A DNA stretch of 64,000 nt from Eledone cirrhosa (taxonomy: Eukaryota): contig OZ024741.1 of assembly GCA_964016885.1 (NCBI GenBank), positions 183,210,001 through 183,274,000 on the forward strand. Direction: 5' to 3'. The stretch's first letter is position 1; each line of letters starts with the position of its first letter. The notes beneath the pieces are model-generated. The model was not told the origin of the DNA, did not search any database, and worked only from the letters and a program-made list of their open reading frames with translations. Both the position numbers and the translations under genes were made by a program. Of the stretch, positions 26,085 to 38,269 are shown one piece after another.

Positions 26085-27124
26085 TCATTACACAATGCTT
26101 CAAGTGAACTATAACTTCCTCCTCATATATATATATATTTATAAAACTTTAGGCAGTATTCGGCTTCGCTTTCTAGCAACCAGCCTACTTTCCGTCAGGC
26201 ACCAATCACAAGCTTTCTGACTTGACCACTGGCCATGTGACAATTCTTAGCCATTTTGAATTCGTTTCTGGCGGGGATCATTTAAGAAAAATCTTTGTCC
26301 AATTGAGTTTGTTTCCTGATGATTTCGAAACTCGTTGATTTATCCATGATCGGATATTTCCCAAAAGCGAATGAAACATGATTTTGGTATGTTTATGTAC
26401 ATTTTTTCTTCTAACTTTGATTTTGTACCTAATTGTGTATGGTTGACTATATGTCTAGTCAATTTCTACCGGCTATTAGAAATACTAGGTAAATCTTCTG
26501 TGGCTGTGGATCGCGGATAAAGTAGCTATCATTTATTTATCTTGTAGCGCTCTCTAGACAGGGAAGTAACTCGAGTTACTTCCCGTCGAAAGTCTAGAAC
26601 CCTCTTTGTAACTTCTGGAAAGAGGAAATAAATAGTGGCAACGCAGTCAAGCTCTCTCTTTTTTGGCGCCTTCCTTCGAACTGACAACACTGAAGACAAG
26701 TATGTTAACTTTTCTCTGACCACCTATCATAGATCTGGACTATACCTAATTATGTACGAGAATATTTGTTTACAACAATTATAACATGGAACTACAATAA
26801 AAATGAAGACTTATATTCGATACCCGTTCCGAGAAACTGCTTACGTTTTATCATTACCTTTGTAATGGGAATTAACTCTCATTCGACATGGTGTTATGTA
26901 AAAATATCTTATCCTTTTCTTTATAAAATTTAGTAGTTAGATTCCGGTGACATTTACTCGAGTAAATAACCCTGGGTCTGGCAGAACACTAAAATCTAAT
27001 GTTTCTTCATAGGTACATTTTAAACTTATAGCCTCGTTTAATTGATTTTTTATGTGGTTAATTATGCTGATTGGGAGAAGAAATACTGTATATATTTTAT
27101 CAAATGATTCTGTGGACTTACTTT

Positions 27125-27160
<36 letters not shown>

Positions 27161-27170
27161 AACCAGTAAG

Positions 27171-27263
27171 ACCCCGACAGCTGAGCTCAAGCCGTTTCGA
27201 CGGCTAATTCTGGACTAAATGAAAATTATCCTGGTATTTAAATAGCCGATCTTCTCAAGGGGT
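27171..27263 (-). ncRNA. Type I hammerhead, U3-A8 core variant (3' pLTR copy)
   Basis: Same motif as 32750-32843 with a 1-nt deletion in the stem II extension. Confidence 0.75.
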
Positions 27264-28372
27264 AATTCCATATATGGTCAAAGTGATTGTCAAAAATCAG
27301 TAGTAATTCTGTGGTTGCAAATTAGTAGGGGAGATGGTGGCTAAACCTGCCAGTAGGAGAAAGAGGGGAGGGGGTGGAGTAGACCCAATCAAGCGTTGGT
27401 AGTGCCAGCTACAGCTGGGCATGAGGTCAAAGAAGATACAGGGGAGGGGGAGGGGGAGGAAGTCGGAACGGTAGGTAGAACAATGGGGGGTAGAAATAGG
27501 AAAAAAAAAAAAATACTGAGAGTGAAGAAAGGCAAATAAGTGTAAAGAAAAGTAAAGTAAATTAAATTCTACGACCTAGGTGTCAGGCTATTGTTAGGCG
27601 AGAATAAAATAAAGAAAGACTGAAAGAAGTAAAAAAATATAAATAAATGAATAAATAAGGAAATAAGTAAGAGAACTAGGTGGGACGGATTAAGCAAAGA
27701 CCCTTTTAAGAGGTATAAGTACGTAAATGATACGGTGACGGGTCAACAAAAGGGGCCGAAATACTAAAGAGACTACCACGAAATAAACAATAAAGGTTTC
27801 CATCCCGGGCCAGCAACGACCCAGTGCAGCAAAGTGAACTTGTACGAGATAATAATTCTGAGTCCCGAGAAAAATATATACTAAAGCTAACTCTAAAAGA
27901 TCTAAAACAAGCTACATGAAAGTTCGTACGAAATAAAGGTAGAAAACGGAGAAATAAATTCAGAATCCACCCCGCCCAGAAGAAAAGCGAAGCAAGAAAT
28001 ACTGAAACGAAAAAATAAGGCATAAGTGCCACTAAGAAATATAGAGGGCACAGAGAATAGTGGGAGCGGTCGGAAAGAGGGGGCAAGTATCCGGGGTCTA
28101 AGCCAACTGCTATAAAGGGCGGAGTCCGCCAAATCTATCAAAGACTAGGGGAGGGGGGTGGGGGTACTAAGGCTACATGGGGCCAAAGGGCAGCCTCGGG
28201 TGGGCGAGAAAAGACGCCGACAAAGGAGAAGAGCTGGGGTAGAAGGACAAAGGGGAGAGGGGGGAAGGAAATAAAGGAAGCGATAAAAGAATACAAAGAA
28301 GATCTTACGTCTTCCTTGGCAAGCAAGGGTTACCTATTGCAAAATCGGCAACTGGGGTGTTATAGCCCTAGT

Positions 28373-30526
28373 CTACCCCCCCGGGTCATTATGGGGTTTG
28401 AGGGCGAGGTAAGTCCTACGCAATCTATGTTTACATGCAGTAACCAGTTCATCTTTCTTGTTTAGGAGTTGGTCCGTCGAAAACAGCATTTGTAAAGTTT
28501 CCTCCGAGCATAAATTGCACGGACGGCGTCCTCCCGTGTAAGAATTGGCTCTGGACAGTAATCTCCAAGTGAGATCATAGGTGATGTTGTTGTCCTTGAG
28601 GTCCCATATGTGGCCCGAAAGTGTAGTGGCGTGACGCCGGGCCGGGTTTCGGAAGGTATGTCTATGTTGGTATAGCCGGGTCTTGAAGTCACATGCGGTA
28701 AGTCCTATATAGGCTTTGTTGGAGGTATCCGTCCTCACGTTGCACTGGTAGATCACATTACGGTCTCTGCATCTATTGTCGAGTGGGCAAATAGATCTAT
28801 CCGGGCAGTTACACCTCCTGGTCGGTTCTCCACTGCTAATTAGGTTATTTCTGCCATCGGGGTTGAGTTTTTTGTTGTTAGAGGAGACGATGTTTTGTGC
28901 GAAGTTTGGTGTAGTGCTGTAAGAGAGTTTGATGGTATTTTTGTTAATTATGTTGTGGTAGCGGTGTTGTAATGGGAAGTGTTTTTCAATGAGCCTAAAG
29001 AATAGTTTCCCGATGGGAGTAGTCACCTCTGCGTTGTGGGGAGGATTGAACCATGTTACATTGCGTGAGCGGCGGTGTCTCCTGCTGGTTCCGCTAATGG
29101 GAGCTGGACAGTAGGATATTTCCTCCCGGAAACCACTCCGCTTGAGGGCCTGGTTGTAATAAGGCGCATGTTCATCGAATATCCGCTCATTAGCTGACAA
29201 ACGGGATATGCGGAGGGAGATGTTTTTGACCAGGTTGTTTGTGATGTTCCTAGGATGGTTTGATCGGCGGTGGATGTAGTGCAGATTGTCATTAGGTTTC
29301 CTGTATGGGTAGTACAGGTCGTTTTCGAGGTCGAGGGTTACGTCCAGGAAGTTTACTCGGGTCAGGGACGTTTGTAGGGTTATTTTAAATCCCCAGTCGC
29401 GGAAGAATCTGATTAATTGTTTCCGGACCCGATCTGTACTACTGGGGTTGTACCCTTTAAGGGTAAGGAGCCCATCATCACGGTACAATCCACCACCGAA
29501 TGCAGGAAACATATCAGTGAGTTTGGCTATTAGGAATAATCCTATAAGATCAGTGACCTCCGCCGAATCCGTGGCGCCCATGCTGACGTCGAAGGGTGAG
29601 TCGGGAGCTCTTTTTATCCATTTAGAGTCGTCAAAGAGTAAGACTGTCTTCCTGGCGTGGAGGATGATTTTTCTTTCCTGGTCGGTGATGGGCACGAGTG
29701 TTTCGGCGAAGTCCAAGGCGGCAGTAAGTAGCGGTAAGGTGATAGAAGCATAGTAGCTCTCTATGTCGAACTGTATGAATTTAGTTTCTCGTTTATCCTC
29801 CATATTGCTGAACCAGGAGATTACTTCCTGGGTGTTGATCCATAGGCTAAGTCGGGTGTGTTGCTTGACTTTTGGTATCACGCGGTCTAGGATTATTTTG
29901 CTGATTCTCCCTATGTCGGACTTCGTTGGGTTAATAAGCCTGATGGAGGGTTTACGGTCAAAATCGGATTTATGGTCCTTCAGTGTGAAGTATGGTGTCC
30001 GTGGGTCTAGAGGTTCCGTGCGGTCGGCGACCCCGAGGCTGGAGGTGATTTGTTGTCCATCTCGATTTATGTCCTCGATACAAGAGTGGTTGGCCTTTTT
30101 ATAGGTGGAGTTTAGGCTGCTCCTGATCAGTGTGTGGTATCTGTCAGGGTTGACAAAGTATAGGTTCCCAGTTTTATCCGAATGCACCATGATGTCATTT
30201 GTGTTATCATACTCTGTTAAGTTGCTACGGAGTTTTTGTAGGAATCGGTTGTGTCTGGGTTTAAATTTAATGTTCTTGACCAGTTGGAAGAGGTCATTCT
30301 CGAAGGGTGCGAGCAAGGGGTTCAGGGGCGGAGATTTGTAGGTAATAAATCCGAATCTCTCCTTGGTGCCGAAGTCTTGGTTGTCGCAATATCTGTCATA
30401 GAAAAAAGTTCTCCATCTAAGTCTTTTCGCAAATAGATCAATTTTTTGCGTGAGCATCCGAAGGTAAAGTTTTTTCGGTGGGATTGGGATGTTCTTGGTA
30501 GAGAAGTCAATGTTGTGTTTTCGCAT
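28373..30526 (-). CDS. Penelope-like reverse transcriptase-GIY-YIG endonuclease (717 aa from the first ATG; frame open to 30673)
   Basis: FSTKNIPIP..KRLRWRTFF N-terminus, DKTGN, QFDIESYY, MGA, LYRDDG, FLDV, CNC..CPL..C knuckle, VIY..YIG, RLYQH, CNLC..E, NKKDELV..CKH; uninterrupted. Confidence 0.95.
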   Translation of the reverse strand: MRKHNIDFSTKNIPIPPKKLYLRMLTQKIDLFAKRLRWRTFFYDRYCDNQDFGTKERFGFITYKSPPLNPLLAPFENDLFQLVKNIKFKPRHNRFLQKLRSNLTEYDNTNDIMVHSDKTGNLYFVNPDRYHTLIRSSLNSTYKKANHSCIEDINRDGQQITSSLGVADRTEPLDPRTPYFTLKDHKSDFDRKPSIRLINPTKSDIGRISKIILDRVIPKVKQHTRLSLWINTQEVISWFSNMEDKRETKFIQFDIESYYASITLPLLTAALDFAETLVPITDQERKIILHARKTVLLFDDSKWIKRAPDSPFDVSMGATDSAEVTDLIGLFLIAKLTDMFPAFGGGLYRDDGLLTLKGYNPSSTDRVRKQLIRFFRDWGFKITLQTSLTRVNFLDVTLDLENDLYYPYRKPNDNLHYIHRRSNHPRNITNNLVKNISLRISRLSANERIFDEHAPYYNQALKRSGFREEISYCPAPISGTSRRHRRSRNVTWFNPPHNAEVTTPIGKLFFRLIEKHFPLQHRYHNIINKNTIKLSYSTTPNFAQNIVSSNNKKLNPDGRNNLISSGEPTRRCNCPDRSICPLDNRCRDRNVIYQCNVRTDTSNKAYIGLTACDFKTRLYQHRHTFRNPARRHATTLSGHIWDLKDNNITYDLTWRLLSRANSYTGGRRPCNLCSEETLQMLFSTDQLLNKKDELVTACKHRLRRTYLALKPHNDPGG

Positions 30527-30711
30527 GGTGCGGGTGAAATGAATTGAGCTTAGCGGAAAAGTCTGGATGCGGCGTGGTAGGGTCGGAAAGTGCTCTACTA
30601 CGGGAGTAGGAGCTAGATAACGAAGGAAATGTGGTAAGGAACCAGGTGGACCATAACGCACCAAAGTACTCAATACTTGAGGTAGTAGAGTGGGTAATAG
30701 GAACCAGTAAG

Positions 30712-30805
30712 ACCCCGACAGCTGAGCTCAAGCCGTTTCGACGGCTAATTCTGGACTAAATGAAAATTTATCCTGGTATTTAAATAGCCGATCTTCTCAA
30801 GGGGT
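30712..30805 (-). ncRNA. Type I hammerhead, U3-A8 core variant (5' pLTR copy)
   Basis: Exact reverse complement of 32750-32843. Confidence 0.75.
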
Positions 30806-32478
30806 AATTCCATATATGGTCAAAGTGATTGTCAAAAATCAGTAGTAATTCTGTGGTTGCAAATTAGTAGGGGAGATGGTGGCTAAACCTGCCAGTAGGA
30901 GAAAGAGGGGAGGGGGTGGAGTAGACCCAATCAAGCGTTGGTAGTGCCAGCTACAGCTGGGCATGAGGTCAAAGAAGATACAGGGGAGGGGGAGGGGGAG
31001 GAAGTCGGAACGGTAGGTAGAACAATGGGGGGTAGAAATAGGAAAAAAAAAAAAATACTGAGAGTGAAGAAAGGCAAATAAGTGTAAAGAAAAGTAAAGT
31101 AAATTAAATTCTACGACCTAGGTGTCAGGCTATTGTTAGGCGAGAATAAAATAAAGAAAGACTGAAAGAAGTAAAAAAATATAAATAAATGAATAAATAA
31201 GGAAATAAGTAAGAGAACTAGGTGGGACGGATTAAGCAAAGACCCTTTTAAGAGGTATAAGTACGTAAATGATACGGTGACGGGTCAACAAAAGGGGCCG
31301 AAATACTAAAGAGACTACCACGAAATAAACAATAAAGGTTTCCATCCCGGGCCAGCAACGACCCAGTGCAGCAAAGTGAACTTGTACGAGATAATAATTC
31401 TGAGTCCCGAGAAAAATATATACTAAAGCTAACTCTAAAAGATCTAAAACAAGCTACATGAAAGTTCGTACGAAATAAAGGTAGAAAACGGAGAAATAAA
31501 TTCAGAATCCACCCCGCCCAGAAGAAAAGCGAAGCAAGAAATACTGAAACGAAAAAATAAGGCATAAGTGCCACTAAGAAATATAGAGGGCACAGAGAAT
31601 AGTGGGAGCGGTCGGAAAGAGGGGGCAAGTATCCGGGGTCTAAGCCAACTGCTATAAAGGGCGGAGTCCGCCAAATCTATCAAAGACTAGGGGAGGGGGG
31701 TGGGGGTACTAAGGCTACATGGGGCCAAAGGGCAGCCTCGGGTGGGCGAGAAAAGACGCCGACAAAGGAGAAGAGCTGGGGTAGAAGGACAAAGGGGAGA
31801 GGGGGGAAGGAAATAAAGGTAGCCTTAGTACCCCCACCCCCCTCCCCTAGTCTTTGATAGATTTGGCGGACTCCGCCCTTTATAGCAGTTGGCTTAGACC
31901 CCGGATACTTGCCCCCTCTTTCCGACCGCTCCCACTATTCTCTGTGCCCTCTATATTTCTTAGTGGCACTTATGCCTTATTTTTTCGTTTCAGTATTTCT
32001 TGCTTCGCTTTTCTTCTGGGCGGGGTGGATTCTGAATTTATTTCTCCGTTTTCTACCTTTATTTCGTACGAACTTTCATGTAGCTTGTTTTAGATCTTTT
32101 AGAGTTAGCTTTAGTATATATTTTTCTCGGGACTCAGAATTATTATCTCGTACAAGTTCACTTTGCTGCACTGGGTCGTTGCTGGCCCGGGATGGAAACC
32201 TTTATTGTTTATTTCGTGGTAGTCTCTTTAGTATTTCGGCCCCTTTTGTTGACCCGTCACCGTATCATTTACGTACTTATACCTCTTAAAAGGGTCTTTG
32301 CTTAATCCGTCCCACCTAGTTCTCTTACTTATTTCCTTATTTATTCATTTATTTATATTTTTTTACTTCTTTCAGTCTTTCTTTATTTTATTCTCGCCTA
32401 ACAATAGCCTGACACCTAGGTCGTAGAATTTAATTTACTTTACTTTTCTTTACACTTATTTGCCTTTCTTCACTCCCA

Positions 32479-32512
<34 letters not shown>

Positions 32513-32749
32513 CCTATTTCTACCCCCCATTGTTCTACCTACCGTTCCGACTTCCTCCCCCTCCCCCTCCCCTGTATCTTCTTTGACCTCATGCCCAGCT
32601 GTAGCTGGCACTACCAACGCTTGATTGGGTCTACTCCACCCCCTCCCCTCTTTCTCCTACTGGCGGGTTTAGCCACCATCTCCCCTACTAATTTGCAACC
32701 ACAGAATTACTACTGATTTTTGACAATCACTTTGACCATATATGGAATT

Positions 32750-32843
32750 ACCCCTTGAGAAGATCGGCTATTTAAATACCAGGATAAATTTTCATTTAGT
32801 CCAGAATTAGCCGTCGAAACGGCTTGAGCTCAGCTGTCGGGGT
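32750..32843 (+). ncRNA. Type I hammerhead, U3-A8 core variant (inverted pLTR copy)
   Basis: ACCCC-TTGAGAA-GATCGGCTA..TAGCCGTC-GAAAC-GGCT-TGAGCTC-AGCT-GTC-GGGGT. Confidence 0.75.
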
Positions 32844-32958
32844 CTTACTGGTTCCTATTACCCACTCTACTACCTCAAGTATTGAGTACTTTGGTGCGTT
32901 ATGGTCCACCTGGTTCCTTACCACATTTCCTTCGTTATATATATATATATATATATAT

Positions 32959-33122
32959 ATAACGAAGGAAATGTGGTAAGGAACCAGGTGGACCATAACG
33001 CACCAAAGTACTCAATACTTAGGGTAGTAAAGTGGGTAATAGGAACGAGTAGGACCCCGACGGCTGAGCTCAAGCCGTTTCGACGGCTAATTCTGGACTT
33101 AGCCGTCGGGGTCCTACTCGTT

Positions 33123-33128
<6 letters not shown>
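32959..33128 (-). mobile_element. Miniature second insertion of a sister Naiad subfamily with a short inverted tail
   Basis: 32961-33099 matches 30619-30757 with about six substitutions; 33102-33128 is an inverted copy of its own interior; (TA)n on both sides. Confidence 0.85.
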
Positions 33129-33170
<42 letters not shown>

Positions 33171-33519
33171 TACATACATATACATACATATGATTGATGC
33201 CCACTCGTTATTGAGTATGGCCATTGCATGATATAATTATTAATTAATGCTATCATGCAATGCCTGTGCACTGAGCCAATCCCACTCTCTGAGCGACAGT
33301 AGCTATAACCCGAAAAGAAGAAAAGATCAACATCGTTGGTAACTACTGAGCCGCAGGTTTTATGTTAAAGTTATCCCAGATTCTTGAGTTGCCTTCACCT
33401 AGAAGAATGCCCTGATTATTTCTATGTACCCGCGCATATACATACACATGCATACATGTATATACATATATACATATATATATATATACGCATATACACA
33501 TTTACACACATATTCACAC

Positions 33520-33712
33520 AATTTTGAATGGCAGTTGACTCTTATGAGTTCTTCCGCCCTTTGTCAGGTTTTGTTTTTTGTCCTGAAGGGTGGCCAAAAT
33601 CACCCTCCTCACCAAGTAAAGTTGGTGGGGTTGCCGGTTTAGTCACCGACAACTGGACCATGAGACAGGTTGTACTGGGTTACATGTTACCAATAACACT
33701 CAAGAGTGACCC

Positions 33713-33766
<54 letters not shown>

Positions 33767-34380
33767 CATACATACATGGTGGCTGCTAACTCGTTTTCGA
33801 GTACGGCCACTACTTTATATCCATGTAGGAGAACCCTTGCCGATGCGCTGAACGAGTGTGACTTTTTAGTCCAGTTAGCGACTTGAAAACTCTGGTACAA
33901 ACACTACACTTGTGACAATTACTGACACATAGTGCTAGGCCCATGGTACCATGTGACAAGTGCAGAGAGATCTCCAGATATAAAGCAATGCCTGTGCCGT
34001 GAAGCTTTTATAGTGAGCAAAGGCACTGCACAAAGCCAGTCCCACTCTCTTAACCAAGATGATATATACCAAAAAGAAGAACAAGTCAACATCATTGGAT
34101 ACCATCAGGGTTGCAGGTGTTATATCAGAGTTTTCCTTCTCCTAGAATTCTGCTTTGACAAAGGCTAAGGGGTCATCTCTCCCTGTGATTTTGGATGGCC
34201 ATTGACTCTTAAGAGCTCCTTTGCCCTTTGACAGGTTTTGTTTTTAGTCCTACAGGATGTCCAAAGTCACCCTCCTCACAAGAAACCTTGGTGGGGTTGC
34301 CAGTTTAGTCGCCAATGACCCGACCATGAGACAGGTTGTACTGTGATACATGTTACCAGTAGCACCAACTGGTGACCTGA
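33520..34380 (-). mobile_element. Two non-autonomous RTE-derived repeats (33520-33715 and 33777-34380)
   Basis: 33777-34225 duplicates 15727-16190; 34195-34380 is similar to 33525-33715. Confidence 0.6.
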
Positions 34381-34404
34381 CATACATACATACATACATA
34401 CATA

Positions 34405-34985
34405 CATCATCATCATGGTTTGGCATCTACCATGTTACCATGGATTGGATGGGAATTGTCCCACTTGGGGCAGGATTGATCGGGTGACCGTGTCTCGCTC
34501 GGATAGGACTGTATCTGGCAGGTTTTCTGCGGCTGGATGCCCTTCCTAACACCAACCACATTTGCAGTGTGAACTGGATGTTCTGTGCTACCAACATAAC
34601 TTTACAGAGAAAGGGTGGAAGGATGGAGTAGGAGTAGTGGGTTTGGGTGCAAATTTGGTTAAGAGGTGCCTACTGGCTTTAGGTTTTACTTCGTACGTAA
34701 GGGAAGGCGGGTCTTCTGTATTGCTGCATAGCGCCAAGGGTCTCGATCCAGTGGCATTGTCTTGGGGAGGGGTAAGTGCGCAGGGCCGGATTTTATCATG
34801 TCGTCCCAGGTTTTTCTGGGTCTACCTATTCTGTAGCTTCCATTGATTTTGATCGCCCTGCAGTTTTTATGCAGCTGTCATCTTTCATGCGCATCACATG
34901 ACCGTGTCAGCATAGTCCCCTCTCAAGTAAACTGCATTTGATCCCTCTTATTCCTAGTTTCTCACTTGGTTCGTTTATGTTTTGC
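34405..34985 (-). mobile_element. RTE LINE 3' end
   Basis: EKLGIRGIKCSLLER, GRPRKTWD-like segment; 3'UTR similar to 54050-54450. Confidence 0.8.
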
Positions 34986-35039
34986 AGTTCATATATATAT
35001 TTATATATACATACATATATATATATACATACATACATG

Positions 35040-36300
35040 TCATTAAACCCATTGTCCTTTCTGCTCAAGAAATGTGAAGGGTACATCATTGGCTCACAGG
35101 GGGACAGAAATACGAACTTAACCCATAATTTCTTTGTGGATGATCTGAAATTCAATGCCAAGAACATAGATGGGATGGAGAAAAATCTTGACCTGGTTAC
35201 AACATTCTCAAAGGATATAGGAATGGAGTTTGACCAAGATAAATGTTCATATATGACTGTAAAACAGGGAAAAACTACAACCCAATTTAGCAACATTTTC
35301 ATCAATGGCCTAACTGTTTCACTGATATCTGATGAGGACTGCTACAGATACCTGTGGATAGATGAGAACATATCCTATAATGGTATTTGTAATAAGGAAC
35401 GTGTAACCAGGGAATATTACACCCGATTAAGAAAAATATGGTTATCAGAACTCTCTGTGCACAATACAACAGTGGCTCACAATGAGTTTGTTGTGCCTGT
35501 CCTAACACCAATGTTTGGAATACTTGATTGGACGATAGACGGAATCCGAGCAATTGATGTTAGGATTCGAAAAGTACTAAACAACACCGGAAACTTCCAC
35601 ATCAACAGTGACATAGACCACTTCTACTTGAAATGTAAGCAAGGAGGTAGAGGCCTAACATCAGTCCAGACAGCATTTAATTCTCACATCATATCCATCT
35701 GACAACATTTAGAAACCTCAAAGCGTAGGAGCCCGTCTCTCGAGCAAGTCTATCTGCATGAAACAGATAAGATCATGAGAGTTGGGAAGGAACTCCTTGA
35801 AAGATATTCCCTGCATGATAATCAAAAACTCACACCCAGGGAAGTTGCCCAACAGTACCACAGTGAATCAATGGAGGAAAAACTGCATGCTTAACAGCAA
35901 AATATCATGAATGGATATGTTGTTAGGAAGATCCAGAGTGAGAGTAATATAGATAAACAAAGTAGTCTATCTTAGACCAACAACCGCTATATTGGCTCCC
36001 ACTTAGAATGATACGCTTTTGCAATCCAAGAACAGCAAATCAACACAAAATACCTGATTCACAAAAGAAATAGGCATGCAGGCAAAACACCTAGATGTGA
36101 CAACAAGTGCAGACTCTGCAGAATTAACATCGAAGATGTCACCCATTTCATACGCAGCTGTCCAAAGATGTCATCGCAGTACTATCTAACTATGAGGCTT
36201 GATGTAATGGTCAAAACACTGTTCAATGCAATCCTTAGTAAAGATAGCCCCGATAATAAACACATTAAAACCTACAGCAATGTGGAAAACATACATATTG
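35040..36300 (+). mobile_element. Decayed R4/Dong-like (RLE-group) non-LTR retrotransposon fragment
   Basis: THNFFVDDLK, FSKDIGMEFDQDKC, HINSDIDHFYL..KQGGRGL, AIQEQQINTKY, CRLC...EDVTHFIRSC zinc finger. Confidence 0.8.
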
Positions 36301-36302
36301 TG

Positions 36303-36873
36303 AAGACGGGGAAGGCAACCGGTCCATTGGGTATAGCTGCCGAGATGCTGAAGGCATCTGGGTCGGTAGGTCACACCATAACCACGTATTGTTAACCAGG
36401 CAATACTAGAAGGTGTCATACCAAAGGATTGGTGCAGTAGCATCATTGTCAACTGCTACAAGGGTAAAGGTGATGCACTAGATAGAGGAAACTATAGAGG
36501 TATAAAGCTGATGGACCAGGTAATGAAAGTAACAGAAAGAGTTATAGCACAGTTGAAACTAGATGAGATGCAATTTGGGTTTGTGCCACTGATGCCCTCT
36601 TCCTTGTGAGGCAGTTACAGGAAAAGTACCTAGTTAAAAGTAAGCCCCTCTACCTGGCATTCGTCGATCTCGAGAAAGCCTTTAACAGAGTTCCACGTGC
36701 TATAATCCGGTGGGCTCTTAGAAAACTAGGAGTAGATGAATGGCTTGTGAAAGCTGTACAAGCGATGTATAGGGGAGCAGTCAGCAAAGTTAGGATTAGC
36801 AATGACTATAGCGAGGAATTTAGCATACAGGTCGGTGTCCACCAGGGCTCTGTTCTTAGCCCTCTCCTGTTCA
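36303..36873 (+). mobile_element. Internal RTE RT fragment (same family as 10770-13370)
   Basis: Near-identical to 11480-12082 with small deletions. Confidence 0.9.
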
Positions 36874-36945
36874 CCCTTAACGGGATCTTCTGAAACTAAA
36901 AAAATCAATCTGTATGTATATATATATATATGTATATATATGTAT

Positions 36946-37005
<60 letters not shown>

Positions 37006-37027
37006 TTATATATATATGTATGTTTAT

Positions 37028-37073
<46 letters not shown>

Positions 37074-37150
37074 GTATATATATATATGTATATGTATATA
37101 TATGTATATGTATATATATATATATGTATGTTTATATATATATGTATATG

Positions 37151-37203
<53 letters not shown>

Positions 37204-37784
37204 AGTAAGAATATTTTCGAAACAGCGAGTGGGTTTGAAATTATTAGAAATGTTAGCTATCGCCGTATTTTGGCTAAAGAAATTAAAGAAATTATTTAGC
37301 CTGATAGTGGGGTTAAGAACCCTCGGAAAAATGGAAAAAGATGAGTATTGACGAACCAGTAAGAGTAAGGGGTTGTATGATCGAACCAGTCGCGTCTTAT
37401 CACAGCCCTGCCGGCTGTAGGCTCCCACACCCATGTCCATGTATCGCGCAGGCATGTTAGGTATGGGCACTCATACACTCACACTTATCAGATACACACC
37501 CGCAACTGTCTCATATGCGACAATCACAGTAAATATTAAATATTAAATGTGTATCAAATACTTAGAAAGAAAAAGCATTTAGGAAAACATTTTAAAAAAC
37601 ATGAAAAAAAAAACATTTAAAAAAACATTTAAAAAGGCGTTTCATAAATACACACCCTCAGAATACCTTAAAAAACCCGCATTTCAAAAAGAAGACCCTA
37701 TAAAAAGAACGTCTTTAAAAGAATGCTTGGAAGAGCCCTTCAAAAAAGTTATTTCAAAGGTATTTTTGATAAGTATACGCACAT

Positions 37785-37844
<60 letters not shown>

Positions 37845-38269
37845 TACTCAGTGAATCATATATACTTAAGACGCTGTACTCAGTGAATCATATATACCTA
37901 AGACGCTGCGCACATATACTGATGAAACAATTGAGAATCTCCACATAGATATGCATACACCTACACAGACATGTTCATACAATTAGATACACCCGGCCAT
38001 GCCTGTATGCGTGCATGTATGCACACACATGCATACATGTGTCCCCCGTGCATGGGCTTGCACATGGGCATGCCCATAAGTCTCAAAAAGAGCCTATACT
38101 TGATGAATAGCCACACACACACACACACACACAACTGTGCACATGGCGCATACAATATTATATGAGACAACGTTCTTGAGGCTTGGACTCAACCCCTATT
38201 ATGCTGAAAGTGCACACACAATATGCATAAATGCAGTATCTACGTATTAGCCATGTACTAGTCACATAT

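Larger units (their letters stand above)
27157..32938 (-). mobile_element. Young Penelope-like element (Naiad-type) in (TA)n: 3' pLTR, ORF, direct 5' pLTR and inverted pLTR
   Basis: 27157-28277 matches 30698-31819 almost exactly; 31819-32938 is the reverse complement of 30617-31718; (TA)n on both sides. Confidence 0.95.

Noticed and set aside
26100-27125. Possible highly decayed Penelope coding remnant (also 48562-48850)
   Set aside because: Only faint peptide resemblance; cannot be supported without a profile search.
28373-30526. Selenoprotein recoding (in-frame UGA plus SECIS), reported for some Naiad elements
   Set aside because: The ORF has no in-frame UGA, all conserved cysteines are Cys and it ends at UAG.
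27706-32289. Triplicated 126-aa and 79-aa ORFs
   Set aside because: They lie in the pLTR copies, start at non-AUG codons and have no recognisable domain; their identity reflects the repeat.
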